Assembly: GCA_951406725.2 (NCBI GenBank)
Contig: OX597821.1
Span: 59,954,001-60,018,000 of the forward strand
DNA: 64,000 nt
DNA from: Octopus vulgaris
Taxonomy: Eukaryota
Direction of reading: 5' to 3'
Below the pieces are notes generated by a model. That model searched no databases and was not told the DNA's origin. It saw nothing but the letters and a program-made list of their open reading frames with translations. The position numbers were made by a program, and so were the translations under genes. Positions 13,474 through 25,202 of this stretch are shown in pieces; within the stretch, counting starts at the first letter, position 1, and each line of letters opens with the position of its first letter.

Positions 13474-14092
13474 TAATTATTAGTAGAACAAAGGGATTGA
13501 GCAAAGTGAATATTTTATCATTTTTCCTTTGCTTGTTTCAATCATTGGACTGAGGCTATGCAAGTGCATCACCTTGAGGGATTTAGTCAAACAAATCAAC
13601 CCCCGGGACTTATTTATTAAACCCGCAACTTATTATACTGGCCTCCTGTTGCCAAATCGCTAAGTTACAGGGACTGAAACAAACCAACACTAGTTGTCAA
13701 GTATTTTATGCATGGGGGATGGGAAACAAACACAAATACACACTTACAGGTTTCCATACATTTTCTGTCTTTCAAACCCAGTCACATAAGATTGGTCAGC
13801 CCGACTATAGTGACTATAGTAGAAGACACGAGCTCAAGGTGCTGCATAGTGTCACTGAACCCGAAAGTATGCAGTTGTAAAGTGAGCTTCTTAAGCACAT
13901 AACCCGATATATTTGAAGGTAAACTATTTTCCAGTTTTTGCACTGAGTTCTTTTTGTATTCTGGAAACAAGATATTCAAAGTATCTGCTATTACAGAATT
14001 GAAGCAATCTTTCAATCAGCTATTAAGCATTTGTGGGTGGCATGTTATCCATATGGTGGGAATGTATTTTTTTCTCACACCAGTCCTAATCA
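13263..14092. repeat. About 130-150 bp inverted repeat pair enclosing (CA)n and a SINE
   Basis: tgattaggactggtgtgagaaaaaaatacattcc...gcagacactt (from 13263) is the imperfect reverse complement of about 13975-14092. Confidence 0.85.
13420..13471. repeat. (AC)n microsatellite
   Basis: Directly visible. Confidence 0.95.
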
Positions 14093-14795
14093 GTTTCCAA
14101 TAAACATAACTCCACAATTTATATTGATTATCATTCCTCCTCCTTTTTAACACAAGCTTTTTGATGAAGCATGCAAATATACATACATACATACGTACAC
14201 ATATACACACACATACATTTTTACATATTCCTGGAACTTAATTGTGTGTGTACATATGAGAGAGAGTCACCTGAGAATATAGAGATATATTCCATAATTA
14301 AAACTTTATCATACTTTATCTTTTTCTTCTCTTCTGTCGCAGTTTTAAACATTGTCATTTAGTACATACAGAAACATATACCTATATACAACTAACATAT
14401 GTATAAAAAATTTATATTTGTATGTCATAGTAACCAGTAGTTTCAGTTGAGGCTGGGAATATTCAGATAATACATATACATATACATGTACAACAGCTTG
14501 ATTTGGCTCCACACAACTTAAAGGTTCCTATCTCGTTAAGGTTTCTACATGCCTGACAAGATAGGTTCATTTGATGAGCCCGTCAAAGTTGCATGGAGCC
14601 AAATCAAATTGTTATTAAATAATATATGTAATTTCAATGAAATGTGTTGGGTGCCACTTTTTTTTCATTTGTCCATTCACTCACTCATCATCATCATTTA
14701 ACATTCATCTTCCAGCTGGCATGGGCTGGAAGGTCTGATAGAAGCAGGCAAGTTAGAGGACTGCACCAAAGATCCATACTAGGATATATTGTTAA

Positions 14796-15011
14796 CCCTT
14801 TTGCATTCAAACTGGCCATATCTGGCTAAAATATTTAACCCATTTTATGCTGAAACTGGCCAGATTCAGTCTCTCACACCAACCCTACAATGTCATTCTG
14901 AAACTAAATCATCTCCTTAATGAAATCTCTAAACTACAACTTAAAGTATGATTAATTTAAAACAATGAAAATAAGTACTACATTTGACAGAGTAATTTGA
15001 ATACTAAAGGG
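14796..15011. mobile_element. piggyBac-type MITE, subfamily 1
   Basis: TTAA|CCCTTT...TAAAGGG|TTAA, 216 bp. Similar to 51370-51578 and 53521-53743. Confidence 0.85.
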
Positions 15012-15015
15012 TTAA

Positions 15016-15300
15016 GAGAGCGCATTCAAAATGAGATAATTTGAGAACAGAGTGGAGTTAACAATGTGACTGCAGAATACCAAAAGCACAAGTTCTGGTG
15101 GGCTGGACATATTGCAAGGTTCACAGAAAACAGGTGACTTGTACAGTAGCTGAGTGGTATCCAAGAGATGGGAAAAGGCCACTCAGAAGGCATCCACAGC
15201 AATGGGGAGATGATTTAGTCAAGCAAACTGTGTCAAGATGGAAAAGAATGCACAGTCAAGACAAAATTGAAAGTGTATTGTGACCAGCAGTGTATAAAAG
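15016..15300 (+). mobile_element. RTE-clade LINE 3' fragment
   Basis: Frameshifted IQNEII...KFWWAGHIAR.../AEWYPRDGKRPLRRHPQQWGDDL, the typical RTE ORF2 C-terminus. Confidence 0.75.
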
Positions 15301-16058
15301 CATCTGGTATGGTTGATACTGTGATATATATATATATATATATATAGTGCCCCCTGAGTGGCAGGTAAAATGCACCATCCGAATGTGGTCGATGCCAGTG
15401 CCCCCTGACTGGCTCCCATGCTGGTGGCATGTAAAAAGCACCCACTACACTCTTGGAGTGGTTGGTGCTAGGAAGGGCATCCAGCTGTAGAAACATTGCC
15501 AAATTAGATTGGAGCCTTGTGCAGCCTGCTGGCTTGCCAGACCTCAGTCAAACAGTCCTACCCATGCCAGCATGGAAAGCAGATGTTAAACAATGATGAT
15601 GATATATATGAATTATGCTATGGAAACAGCTCTATAGCAAAAGAACTATCAATATAACAGTTAATATATATGTCTGTGGTTGAAATGTCAAAAACTATGA
15701 TTTTTGTCTGGGAAAAATCCCTTTATAGATATATTGCGCTAAAAAAAAACACTATATTTCAAAACTGCAGTTTCTGGTGTTTCAACTACAGACAGGCATT
15801 AAGTATGTTATAGTTTATATATCTCTCTTTTATCTCACTTTTACTCGTTTCAGTCATTTGACTGTGGCCATACTGGAGCACTGCCTTTAGTCAAGCAAAC
15901 TGACCCCGGGACTTATTCTTTGTAAGCCTAGTACTTATTCTATCGGTCTCTTTTGCCAAACTGCTAAGTTACGGGGACATAAACACACCACCATTGGTTG
16001 TTAAGCGATGTTGGGGGAACAAACACAGACACACAAACATGTACGCACACATACATAC

Positions 16059-16115
<57 letters not shown>

Positions 16116-16123
16116 CATATATA

Positions 16124-17746
16124 TAGTGGCGGCCAAAATGTTCAGAACGGCATTGTTTTCATCAGAAAAGTAAGTATAAGTTTTTATCAAAGTAGTTTTA
16201 TAATCTATAATTTTCACAGACAATAAATACAATATTAATTGTTATTGTCTGAGATTTTGGTGTAATTTGAGAGGATAATACAGAAGTTATGGATAATTTA
16301 GTGATTTACTGCAAAACCCATGGCAGCCAAAATGATCAGAATGGTTGAAAAAATAACTAAATCAAAAATGACAGAGAATACTGGAATTATTTAATATTCA
16401 GTGTGAAGCCCTTTAGCTTCAATCACACTCTGACATCTTTGACTGCATGAGGAAATTAAATTTTCAATTTCTTGCTGGGTGATCTTATTCTATTCTTCCT
16501 GAAGGGCATTCCATAATTGCTCCGTTGTTTTAGGATTTCTGGCTTTCGAACGTTCTCCTAGAATATTCCATACATTTTCAATAGGATTGAGATCTGGGCT
16601 TTGAGCAGGCCAATCCATAACAATAACCTTTTCAGCCTTAAGGAAGTTCATGACCACCTTAGCCTTGTGACATGGGGCATTGTCCTGCATGAATATGGGT
16701 GGTCGCTTAGTTGAATTTCTCAGCACAGGCAAGACATCTTTTACAAGTTGTTTATAAACTCCTGCATTTACCTTTCCATGTAATCGCACCAAAGGGCCCA
16801 CACCATCTCCAGATATCATCCCCCAAACCATGACACTTCCTCCACCGAATTTAACACTAGTCTTAAGGCATTTAGGTGACAATTTTTCACCTACTTTTCT
16901 ACGAACGTACCTTTTCCCATCTGAGCCAAATAACATAAACTTAGATTCATCACTGAAATGCGCCGTTTGCCATTTTTCCTGAGACCACAACACATGTTTG
17001 GTTGCAAAGGTAAGATGACACTTTTTATTCTTGGAGCTGATCAGTGGCTTCACTGCAGGTGCTCTTGCTTGTAGGTCATGTTCAACTAAAGGACGAGACA
17101 CAGTTTCTCGAGATAAAGTTTTCTTCAATACAATGCTCATTTTCCGAGAAACAGCAGCAGCAGTTTTAAATCTGTCCTTTTTAACCAACTTTACCATAGC
17201 ACGATCTTCTCTCTTGGTCGTTTTTCTTGGCCTACCTGTAAACTTTCTTGCTTCACACGAACCACAATCATCGTAGACCTTAAGAATACCGTGTACAACA
17301 CTTTTTGACTTGTTAACAATCTTTGCAATAGATCCAATACTTAAATTATCCTTCCTTCGAAGCTTAATAATCTGCTGACGAATTGGTAACGGAGTAAGTG
17401 GCATTATATTAACAAAGTACACTGCAAATATTCTTACTAATGTTTAGTAAATGAACCGTCACGTAAACAAATTCAAAACATTAGAGTTCGCCGGTTAAAT
17501 ATACTAAAATACGGAGTAAAAGCAACTGTTCTGATCATTTTGGCCGCCATGGGTTTTGCAGTAAATCACTAAATCATCCATAACTTTTGTATTATCCTCT
17601 CAAATTACACCAAAATCTCAGGCAATAACAAATAATATCGTATTTATTATCTGTGAAAATTATAGAATATAAAACAACTTTGATAAAAAATTATATTTAC
17701 TTTTCTGATGAAAACAATGCCATTCTGAACATTTTGGCCGCCACTG
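16124..17746 (-). mobile_element. Full-length Tc1-family DNA transposon with long IR/DR-type terminal inverted repeats
   Basis: About 224-bp TIRs (16124-16347 and 17523-17746, about 15 mismatches by eye) ending (C/T)AGTG and flanked by TA. Each TIR has two copies of TGGCRGCCAAAATGWTCAGAA. Encloses a transposase. Length 1623 bp. Confidence 0.95.
16391..17404 (-). pseudogene. Tc1 DD34E transposase with one premature stop
   Basis: Starts MPLTPLP at ATG 17404. Has the GRPRKT linker, FSDES, FMQDNAPCH and SPDLNPIEN, with 34 residues between the second D and the E. TAG at 16490-16492 replaces the usual Trp. The frame continues NKITQQEIENLISSCSQRCQSVIEAKGLHTEY* to TAA at 16391. Confidence 0.92.
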
Positions 17747-18097
17747 TATATATATGTATATATACATACATATATACAACAGGCTTTTTTCAGTTTCTGT
17801 CTATCAAATCCACTCACTAGGCTTTGGTTGGCCCGAGGCTATAGTACAAGACACTTGCCCAAGGTGCCACGCAGTGGGAATGAACCCAGAACCATGTGGT
17901 TGGTAAGCAAGCTACTTACCACACAGGCACTCATATATATATATATATATATATATATTTATTCATACACACTCAACAAATACATGCTCAGAAGAATGAC
18001 AGATGGGTGAATATATGTTTGTATAATACAAATTTTAAAGAGTCAAAAGAAGCGCTACATTTAATCAATCAATCTGCTACTGTTATTATGAGTAATA

Positions 18098-18940
18098 ATC
18101 CTTTCTGTTATAGACACAAAGCCTGAAATTTTGGTGAAGAGGACTAATCGTTTACATTGACCCCAGAATTTCACTGGTACTTAATTTATCGACCCCAAAA
18201 GAATGAAAGGCAAAGTCGACCTTGGTAGAATTTGAACTCAGAACATAGCGACAGGTGAAATACCTCTAAGCATATCATCTAGCATGCTAACGACTCTGCC
18301 GGCTCACCACCATATTATGAATAATAACAACAAACTTTTCTTGTATAGCCTCAAGGCCTGAAATTTTTTTTAGGGGTGGATGGTTAGTCAATTAGATCGA
18401 CCCCAGTGTACAACTGGTACTTATTTCAATCCCCAAAAAGATGAAAAGAAAAGTTGACCTTAGTGGAATCTGAACTCTAAACATTCTATGTTCAGAGTTC
18501 AGATTCCACTAAGGATGTAATGCCACCCTAGCTTGAAATCTTGGGGGATGGGACTAGTTGATTATATCGACCCCAGTGTTTTACTGGTACTTAAATTATC
18601 AACCACGAAAGGATGAAAGGCAATGTCGACCTTGAGGGAATTTGAACTCAGAATGTAAAGATGGACCAAATGCCACTAAGCCTGGTGTGCTAATGATTCT
18701 GCCAACTCACAGCCTTGCTACAAATAATAATAATGATGATGATAATAATAATAAGATTATTTTCTACTACAAGCACAAGGGATTTTGAGGGAGGAGGTTA
18801 GTCAATTACATGAACCCTGGAAGAATGGAAGGCAAAGTTGACCTCAGTGGAATTTGAACTCAAAATGTAAAGAGCCAGAAGAAATGATGTTAGGCATTTT
18901 GTCCAACTTGTTAACGATTCTGCCAGCTTGCTGCCTAAAT
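18098..18940 (-). mobile_element. Cluster of four head-to-tail SINE family B copies
   Basis: Same motifs as 655-1357, repeated at about 18098, 18335, 18535 and 18760, mostly with AAT-rich spacers. Confidence 0.85.
18458..18514. repeat. Near-perfect 27-bp hairpin made from a SINE segment
   Basis: ccttagtggaatctgaactctaaacat-tct-atgttcagagttcagattccactaagg, one mismatch. Confidence 0.9.
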
Positions 18941-19266
18941 AATTATAACAATAATAAGGCACAAATCCTGAAATCTTCATACTGATCCAAGAAGGAAAGT
19001 TGTTTCATCTTGTGTTGTTGTTTGAATGAATAAGCAATGTTTTGTGCAAGCATGAACAGCCTCGGAAATAAGGTAGCCCACCCTGTTCCCTATCCCGACA
19101 CACAAAAAAAAAAAAGGAGGGTGGAATAGGAAATCCAGTCACAACTGCCATCTCCAGCAAGAGTGAAAAGCAAGCTACCAGCAGTTAGCTTCCTCTACAA
19201 CAACAACAACAACAAGCCAAAGCACATTACTGCCCTTAAGTTGCCCTAAACAGGGGTAAGATTTAC

Positions 19267-19433
19267 AGGGTGTGTGGGAAAAATGGAGGTGAGATGGCGG
19301 CGGCGGTGGTGGTGCCGGTTGTTGAGTTGAAGTTAATGTTGTGTTTGGCTGAGATTTGCTGTGCTGAATATCCACATCTCTCTCACTTTTCCAATGCTTC
19401 TGAAGAATTTCACAGATGAGAAGTAGTAGACTC
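19267..19433 (-). CDS. Candidate Pro/Gln-rich exon, possibly of the same gene
   Basis: Non-repeat, GC-richer segment with an open frame ...QKHWKSERDVDIQHSKSQPNTTLTSTQQPAPPPPPPSHLHFSHTP|gtaaat. An acceptor at tgttag|G (19433) is phase-compatible with the 42933 donor. An alternative phase-0 acceptor ttcttcag|AAG lies at 19399. No recognisable homology. Confidence 0.3.
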
Positions 19434-21640
19434 CTAACATATACATTTAATAGAGCAGCCTTACTATGGTTAACACACTCACATAGATAAAGAAAGAATT
19501 AGCATGGGTGCACACGTGTACTCTGGTATATTATAGAGATAAGCAGGACTTAAAGAAAGCAAAATATTCATCCTGTATAGAGACATACGTGGTAGGATAG
19601 CAAGGTGGTGGTAGAATAACGGCTGTACAAATATTTTCTTTTACTTGCGTTGGTCATTGGACTGTGGCCATGCTGTGGCACTATCTTAAAGGGCTTAGTC
19701 AAACAAATCAATCTCAATACTTAGATTCACAGTCTGGTACTTATTCTATTGGCCTCTTTGGCCAAGTTGCTACACTAAGGGGACATAAACCAACCAACAC
19801 TAGTTGTAGAGTATTAATTAGGTGGGTGAAGTGGGAGGGACACAGATGCAAATATACATACATTCATATATATAAAATCAGAACACAAAGTAACGTACAG
19901 TGCTCCAGTATGGCCTTTGCCATGGCGGCTACAATGTATTACGTAGTATAAACAAAATACAAACCTTAAACATACTGACATTCAATTCAAACAGTGCATG
20001 CAAGGGTGCATGTATGTACAAGCGGGAGGGTACTGTACACATTTTACAGTTTATTAAATATAGATGGATGTATTTTTATTTTCTTTATTTATAAAAATGA
20101 AGTATCAATTTTATACCGTCTGGTTTAGAAATGGTTACGTACTGGAAATAAAGATTAACAATTACTTTTGCTTTTTCAATCAAAGATATTGGATATTTAC
20201 ATAATCATTAGGGCTGGAAGGAAATAGATTTAGAAAGTAGACTTGCAGAAATTAAAACACTTGTGTGAATGTGTGTGTGTATGTATATATGTATATATAT
20301 ATAGCTTTATACAAGCACTCTAATACACACATAAATATACACATGCACACACAAACATGTATATATATATATATATATATATATATGCATATATATATAC
20401 ACATATGCGTACACACACACTCTCTCACATATATGTGTGTGTGTACAGGAATATAAGCTAACTAGTCGAATAACCAATGCTATCATTACTTAAACAGCAG
20501 GCAGGCTTTTAGTAAACCTCTCCACAACCAGCATATGAAATACAGCTGCAGGTCTGTTACTAACGAATTAGGCCAGTGGCATTCAGCTACAAACCATTAT
20601 TGACATAGCTAAACATTCAACTTATCTCCAAAGCCAAATATCTTTTAGACTTTAAAAACTCCGAAATATTTTTTCTCTGCCATTTAGTATTATTTTTTTA
20701 TTTTTAAGTTTTAAATAATCTGTTATATAGAAGAATATTTGTATTTTATTTTTCATAACTAATATTCATACAGCTAAATGTATGTTCCTGTCCCTAAAGC
20801 AGTTTTATATCACTCATCAATGCTGTGTTTTTTTTTTGTCTTTCTTTTGTTTTGTTTTGTTTTTTCTATGCTGGCAGAATGGCAGAAATCTGATGATTCA
20901 AGTCTAATAGCTCTCTCTATTCCATTAAGATTAAAAAAATAATAATAATAATAAATTAATGAAACAAATATTATCTGCTGCAAGCTTCTTAGGCAAGCCA
21001 CTAAGCCTGTATCGACTACTTAAACTGATATCTTCTTTGGTCTGACTCCATGTGGTAACTCTTACTCAATCGAATGCTATATAGTTACCATTAAATTCAA
21101 GTCGACAATATTCTTCAAATTTTTCCTATATAATTATATTATTGCTACTCTGTGCATAGCCAAGACTGAATGCAATATGTAGGTCTCCTCTGCAGAGCTA
21201 CAGGATATGTCAGCTTTACAAAAGCTTAATGTTTTAGCCTTCAACAGCTGCTAAAACTTTTACAAAGCACGAGTAAGTTATATAGTAATTAAGTATATGG
21301 CTTTTTGATGTACACCTATTACACACATACACTCTCTTCATAAACATTTAAGCAGTGTATGAGCCCTGTGAAATAGCCAGTGTATCATTTTGAAATAAAT
21401 ATTATAAGCACACGTGAGGCTGTATGATTGAGAAGCTTGCTTCACAATGGTTTATCAGGTTTTAGATCTTGGACATGTATCTTCTGCTATAGCCATTGGC
21501 AATAGCAGCATGGGCAGTTTATACATATTTATCTATATATATATATATATATAAATAAGGATAATATCGATATTTAAATATTGATATTATCAAGTGACCG
21601 GCATGGGAATAAATACCATACAATGGTAATAATTTTTTAC

Positions 21641-21799
21641 AACTATAAATAAGGGTATCTGAGAGACACCACCATGCCGAATTTTGTTTCTCTGTCTTAT
21701 CTCATGGTGCGATATGAACATTTAAGATGGTTTTTAGAGTCAGGGATTTGACTGCTATTTCGGCATGGTGTTGTCCCTCAGATACCCTTACTTATAGTT
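21641..21799. repeat. Inverted repeat (41-bp arms, 38/41 identical) carrying a degenerate hammerhead-like core
   Basis: Arms are 21641-21681 and 21759-21799. The minus strand reads agggtat-CTGAGGG-acaacaccatgcc-GAAA-tagcag-TC-aaatccct. Confidence 0.75.
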
Positions 21800-21861
21800 A
21801 TATATATATAAATATATAAATATATATATATACATATAAATATATATATATATATACGTAT

Positions 21862-22230
21862 AGGTGCAGGAGTGGCTGTGTGGTAAGAAAACCATATGGT
21901 TCCAGGTTCAGTCCCATTGCGTGGCACCTTCGGCAAGTGTCTTCTACTAAAGCCTCAGGCCAACCAAAGCCTTGTTAGTGGATTTGGTAGACAGAAACTG
22001 AAAGCAGCTCGTCGTGCGTGTGTGTGTGTATTCGTGTCTGTAATTGTCCTCCCATCATCACTTGACAACCGATGTTGGTGTGTTTACATACCCGCAATTT
22101 AGCGGTTCAGCAAAAGAGGTCGACGAAATAAGTACTAGACTTACAAAAAGTAGTCCCGGGGGTCTATTTGTTCGACTAAAGGCAGTGCTCCAGCATGGCA
22201 ACAGTCAAATGACTGAAACGAGTAGAAGAA
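21862..22230 (+). mobile_element. SINE family A, near full length
   Basis: tggctgtgtggt (A box), ggttcagtccc (B box), caccttcggcaagtg (CORE-like), internal (TG)n and a tail ...cagtcaaatgactgaaacgagta. Confidence 0.88.
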
Positions 22231-22484
22231 TATACATATATATATATATATATATATCTTTTATTGATTATCTTTTATCTGTTTCAAACTGTGGCATGCT
22301 GGGGCACTGCCTTGATGAACTTTTAGTCAAATGAACTGACCCTACTGCTTATTTTTTTTTTAAAGCCTCGCACTTATTCTATTGGTCATTTTTGCTAAAC
22401 TGCTAAGTTACAGGGACATGAAAAAACACAACACTGGTTTTCAAGTGGTGGATGAGGGCACAAACACAGACACACACACACAGT

Positions 22485-22614
22485 ATTCTATTAAAACTGA
22501 AACTGTGAGTTTGTCACAGGATTCAAGTTTTCATACCACTGCGATTGCCTGATGAACAGAGTGGGATGAAACCCAAGTCACAAGACAAACCCTCAGTTTC
22601 AGTTTTAATAAAAT
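22485..22614. repeat. Fold-back inverted duplication with a hammerhead-like core (22549-22579)
   Basis: attaaaactgaaactgtgagtttgtc pairs with gacaaaccctcagtttcagttttaat. The centre has ttgc-CTGATGA...GAAAC-ccaa-GTC-acaa. Confidence 0.75.
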
Positions 22615-23454
22615 GTACATGTATTGGACACTCCTTTCTCATCTGTTCAACATTAAGCAACATGTGTGTGTGTGTGTATGTGCGCGCATGCAAGAGAGAG
22701 TTTCTGTGAGTCCTTGTTTAGACATCCCATGATGGTTGTAAATGAGTACCACTGTCATACAAGCAGTGTAGTTCATATCCAGTATTCCATGAAAAAACAT
22801 GTCTGGCCATTGGAAAACATTACTTTATTTGGAAATACATAAGGGTTGGTGAAAGGATGAAGGACATCCAGCCATAGAAAATCTGCCTTAATAAATTCTG
22901 TTTGACCCATGCAAGCATGGAAGAGCAGACATCAAATGATGATGATGATGATGATGATGAAAGCAACAGATATTCAATTGAAAACAGGCGCTCATATGCC
23001 CAAGTATGAGACAACTTTCTATAGTCAATATATAGTGAGGTCTTATAATTTTATTTACAGAATTTCTATTGTCACCATTTTGTAATTTATGCAGAATTCA
23101 CACATATACATATTTGTCGCTATGAAATCATAGTTCCTAGATTTAATGGAGAAAAGAGAGGTGGGTAAGTTGGAGTAATCAGTCAGTACACTTATAAAAA
23201 TAAAAGGTCTGGGTTCAATTCCCATGCAAACTAATGCCTATTTCTTTTTTGTCGAGGGGGTGATTATTTAGACATCAGCTTTTTATTGTTTGTTTTAGTC
23301 AATGGATTATGGCCACGCTAGGGTACCACCTAGAAAGGTTTTAGTCAAACAAATCAACCCCAGTACTTATGTTTATAGTGTTTTTTTATTTTAAGTCTGA
23401 CACTTATTCTCTTGATCACTTTTGATGAACTCATAAATTAAAAGAACATAAACA

Positions 23455-23770
23455 AGTGGCTGTGTGGTAAGTAGCTTGCTAACCAACTACATGGTTCCAG
23501 GTTCAATCCCATTGCGTGGCATCTTGGGCAAGTGTCTTCTGCTATAACCCCGGGCCGACCAATGCCTTGTGAGTGGATTTGGTAGACGGAAACTGAAAGA
23601 AGCCCGTCGTATATATGTATATATATATATATAAGTGTGTGTGTATATGTTTGTGTGTCTGTGTTTGTCCCCCTAGCATTGCTTGACAACCGATGCTGGT
23701 GTGTTTACGTCCCCGTCACTTAGTGGTTCGGCAAAAGAGACTGAAACAAGTAAAAGAGTAAAAGAGTAAA
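23455..23770 (+). mobile_element. SINE family A, young CpG-rich copy with an internal deletion near the tail
   Basis: Close match to the reverse complement of 24315-24705. Confidence 0.88.
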
Positions 23771-24314
23771 CCAACACCAGTTCTCAAGCAGGAGGTGGCG
23801 AGGTGAGAAACACAGACATAAAGAAAAACACACACAAACATATATACACACACAGGACAGGTTTCCACACAGTTTCTGCCCACCAAATCCACTCACATTC
23901 TGGGGTTATAGTAGAAGACCCTTGCATAAGTTGTTGCACTATAGGACTGAGCCTGAATACTTCACAGTGGGACTGAACCCGAAACCAAGTGGTAACAAAG
24001 TGAGTTTCATAGCCACACATCTATGCCTGTGCACACTAATTTTTATAAAGACTGCAAATCAATTTAAATGGGTCAAAGTTATTATCAAACACTAATTTTT
24101 TTGGTATAGATTAATTCATAATCCAACAATAAGTTCTAAATATACATACACATCATCATTCATTTCAACTTCACTAATCTGATTCTGTACTGAAAGAAAG
24201 AAAACTGCTGTATAGTTGCTCAATTTGCTAGAAATAGCAATCAACTCATCATCATACATATCATTCCATCTTAAAATGGGACACATTAGATAGTGTTGCT
24301 CGAGGGAAGATATC

Positions 24315-24705
24315 TCTTTTACTTGTTTACTTGATTCAGTCATTTGGCTGTGGCCATGCCGGAGCACCGCCTTTAGTCGAGCAAATCGACCCCAGGACTT
24401 ATTCTTTGTAAGCCTAGTACTTATTCTATCAGTCTCTTTTGCTGAACCGCTAAGTTACGGGGACGTAAACATACCAGCATTGGTTGTCAAGCGATGTTGG
24501 GGGGACAAATACAGACACACAAACATATACACACACACATGACGGGGTTCTTTCAGTTTCCGTCTACCAAATCCAGTCACAAGGCTTTGGTCGGCCCGAG
24601 GCTATAGTAGAAGACACTTGGCAAGGTGCCACGCAGTGTGACTGAACCCAGAATCATGTGGTTAGTAAGCAAGCTACTTACCACACAGACACTCCTATGC
24701 CTATG
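24315..24705 (-). mobile_element. SINE family A, full-length young copy
   Basis: Complete head, microsatellite and tail layout. It interrupts another repeat (about 24220-24790) related to 1650-1870 and 59220-59390. Confidence 0.9.
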
Positions 24706-24889
24706 CTAGAAAAAAAGACAGGGTGGTCCCAACTGGCATACATTTTATTGTATGTATACCCAATCAAGGCAGAATTAGGGTAAAACAACAAGATTTAGAA
24801 ATAAAAACAGCCATGACAACAGTATAATTCATACAAGCCCAATCTTGCATGTATACACAATCCCAGTATGACAAACTATATACACTCAC

Positions 24890-25202
24890 AACTGGCACGC
24901 TGTTGGTTAAGATGACAAGGGTTCTAGTTACTCCACTCACTGGAACATCCTGTTTGTGAAATTAATGCGCAAGTAGCTGAGCACCCCACAAACACATGTA
25001 CCCTTAACGTAGTTCTCAGAGAAATTAAGTTTGACACAGAATGTGACAAGGCTAACTCTAACTCGTTTTTACCAGCTGAGTGGATAAGAGTAATGTGAAA
25101 TAAAGTGTCTTGCTCAAGAGAGACAATGCACTGTCAGGTATTGAACTCATGATCTTACAATCATGAGCCAAATAACCTAACCACTCAGCTACGTGCCTTC
25201 AC
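24890..25202 (-). mobile_element. SINE family C
   Basis: Reverse-complement match to 8050-8370. Confidence 0.8.

Larger units (their letters stand above)
15838..17932 (-). mobile_element. tRNA-derived SINE (family A) split by the Tc1 insertion
   Basis: The 3' half lies at about 15838-16040 and the tRNA-head half at about 17775-17932. They are colinear with intact copies such as 24315-24705. Tc1 sits in the internal (TA)n tract. Confidence 0.9.

Noticed and set aside
17031-17276. 81-aa plus-strand ORF
   Set aside because: It is the antisense shadow of the Tc1 transposase.
21870-21925. tRNA genes at SINE heads
   Set aside because: A and B boxes are present, but there is no complete cloverleaf and each head continues into a SINE body.
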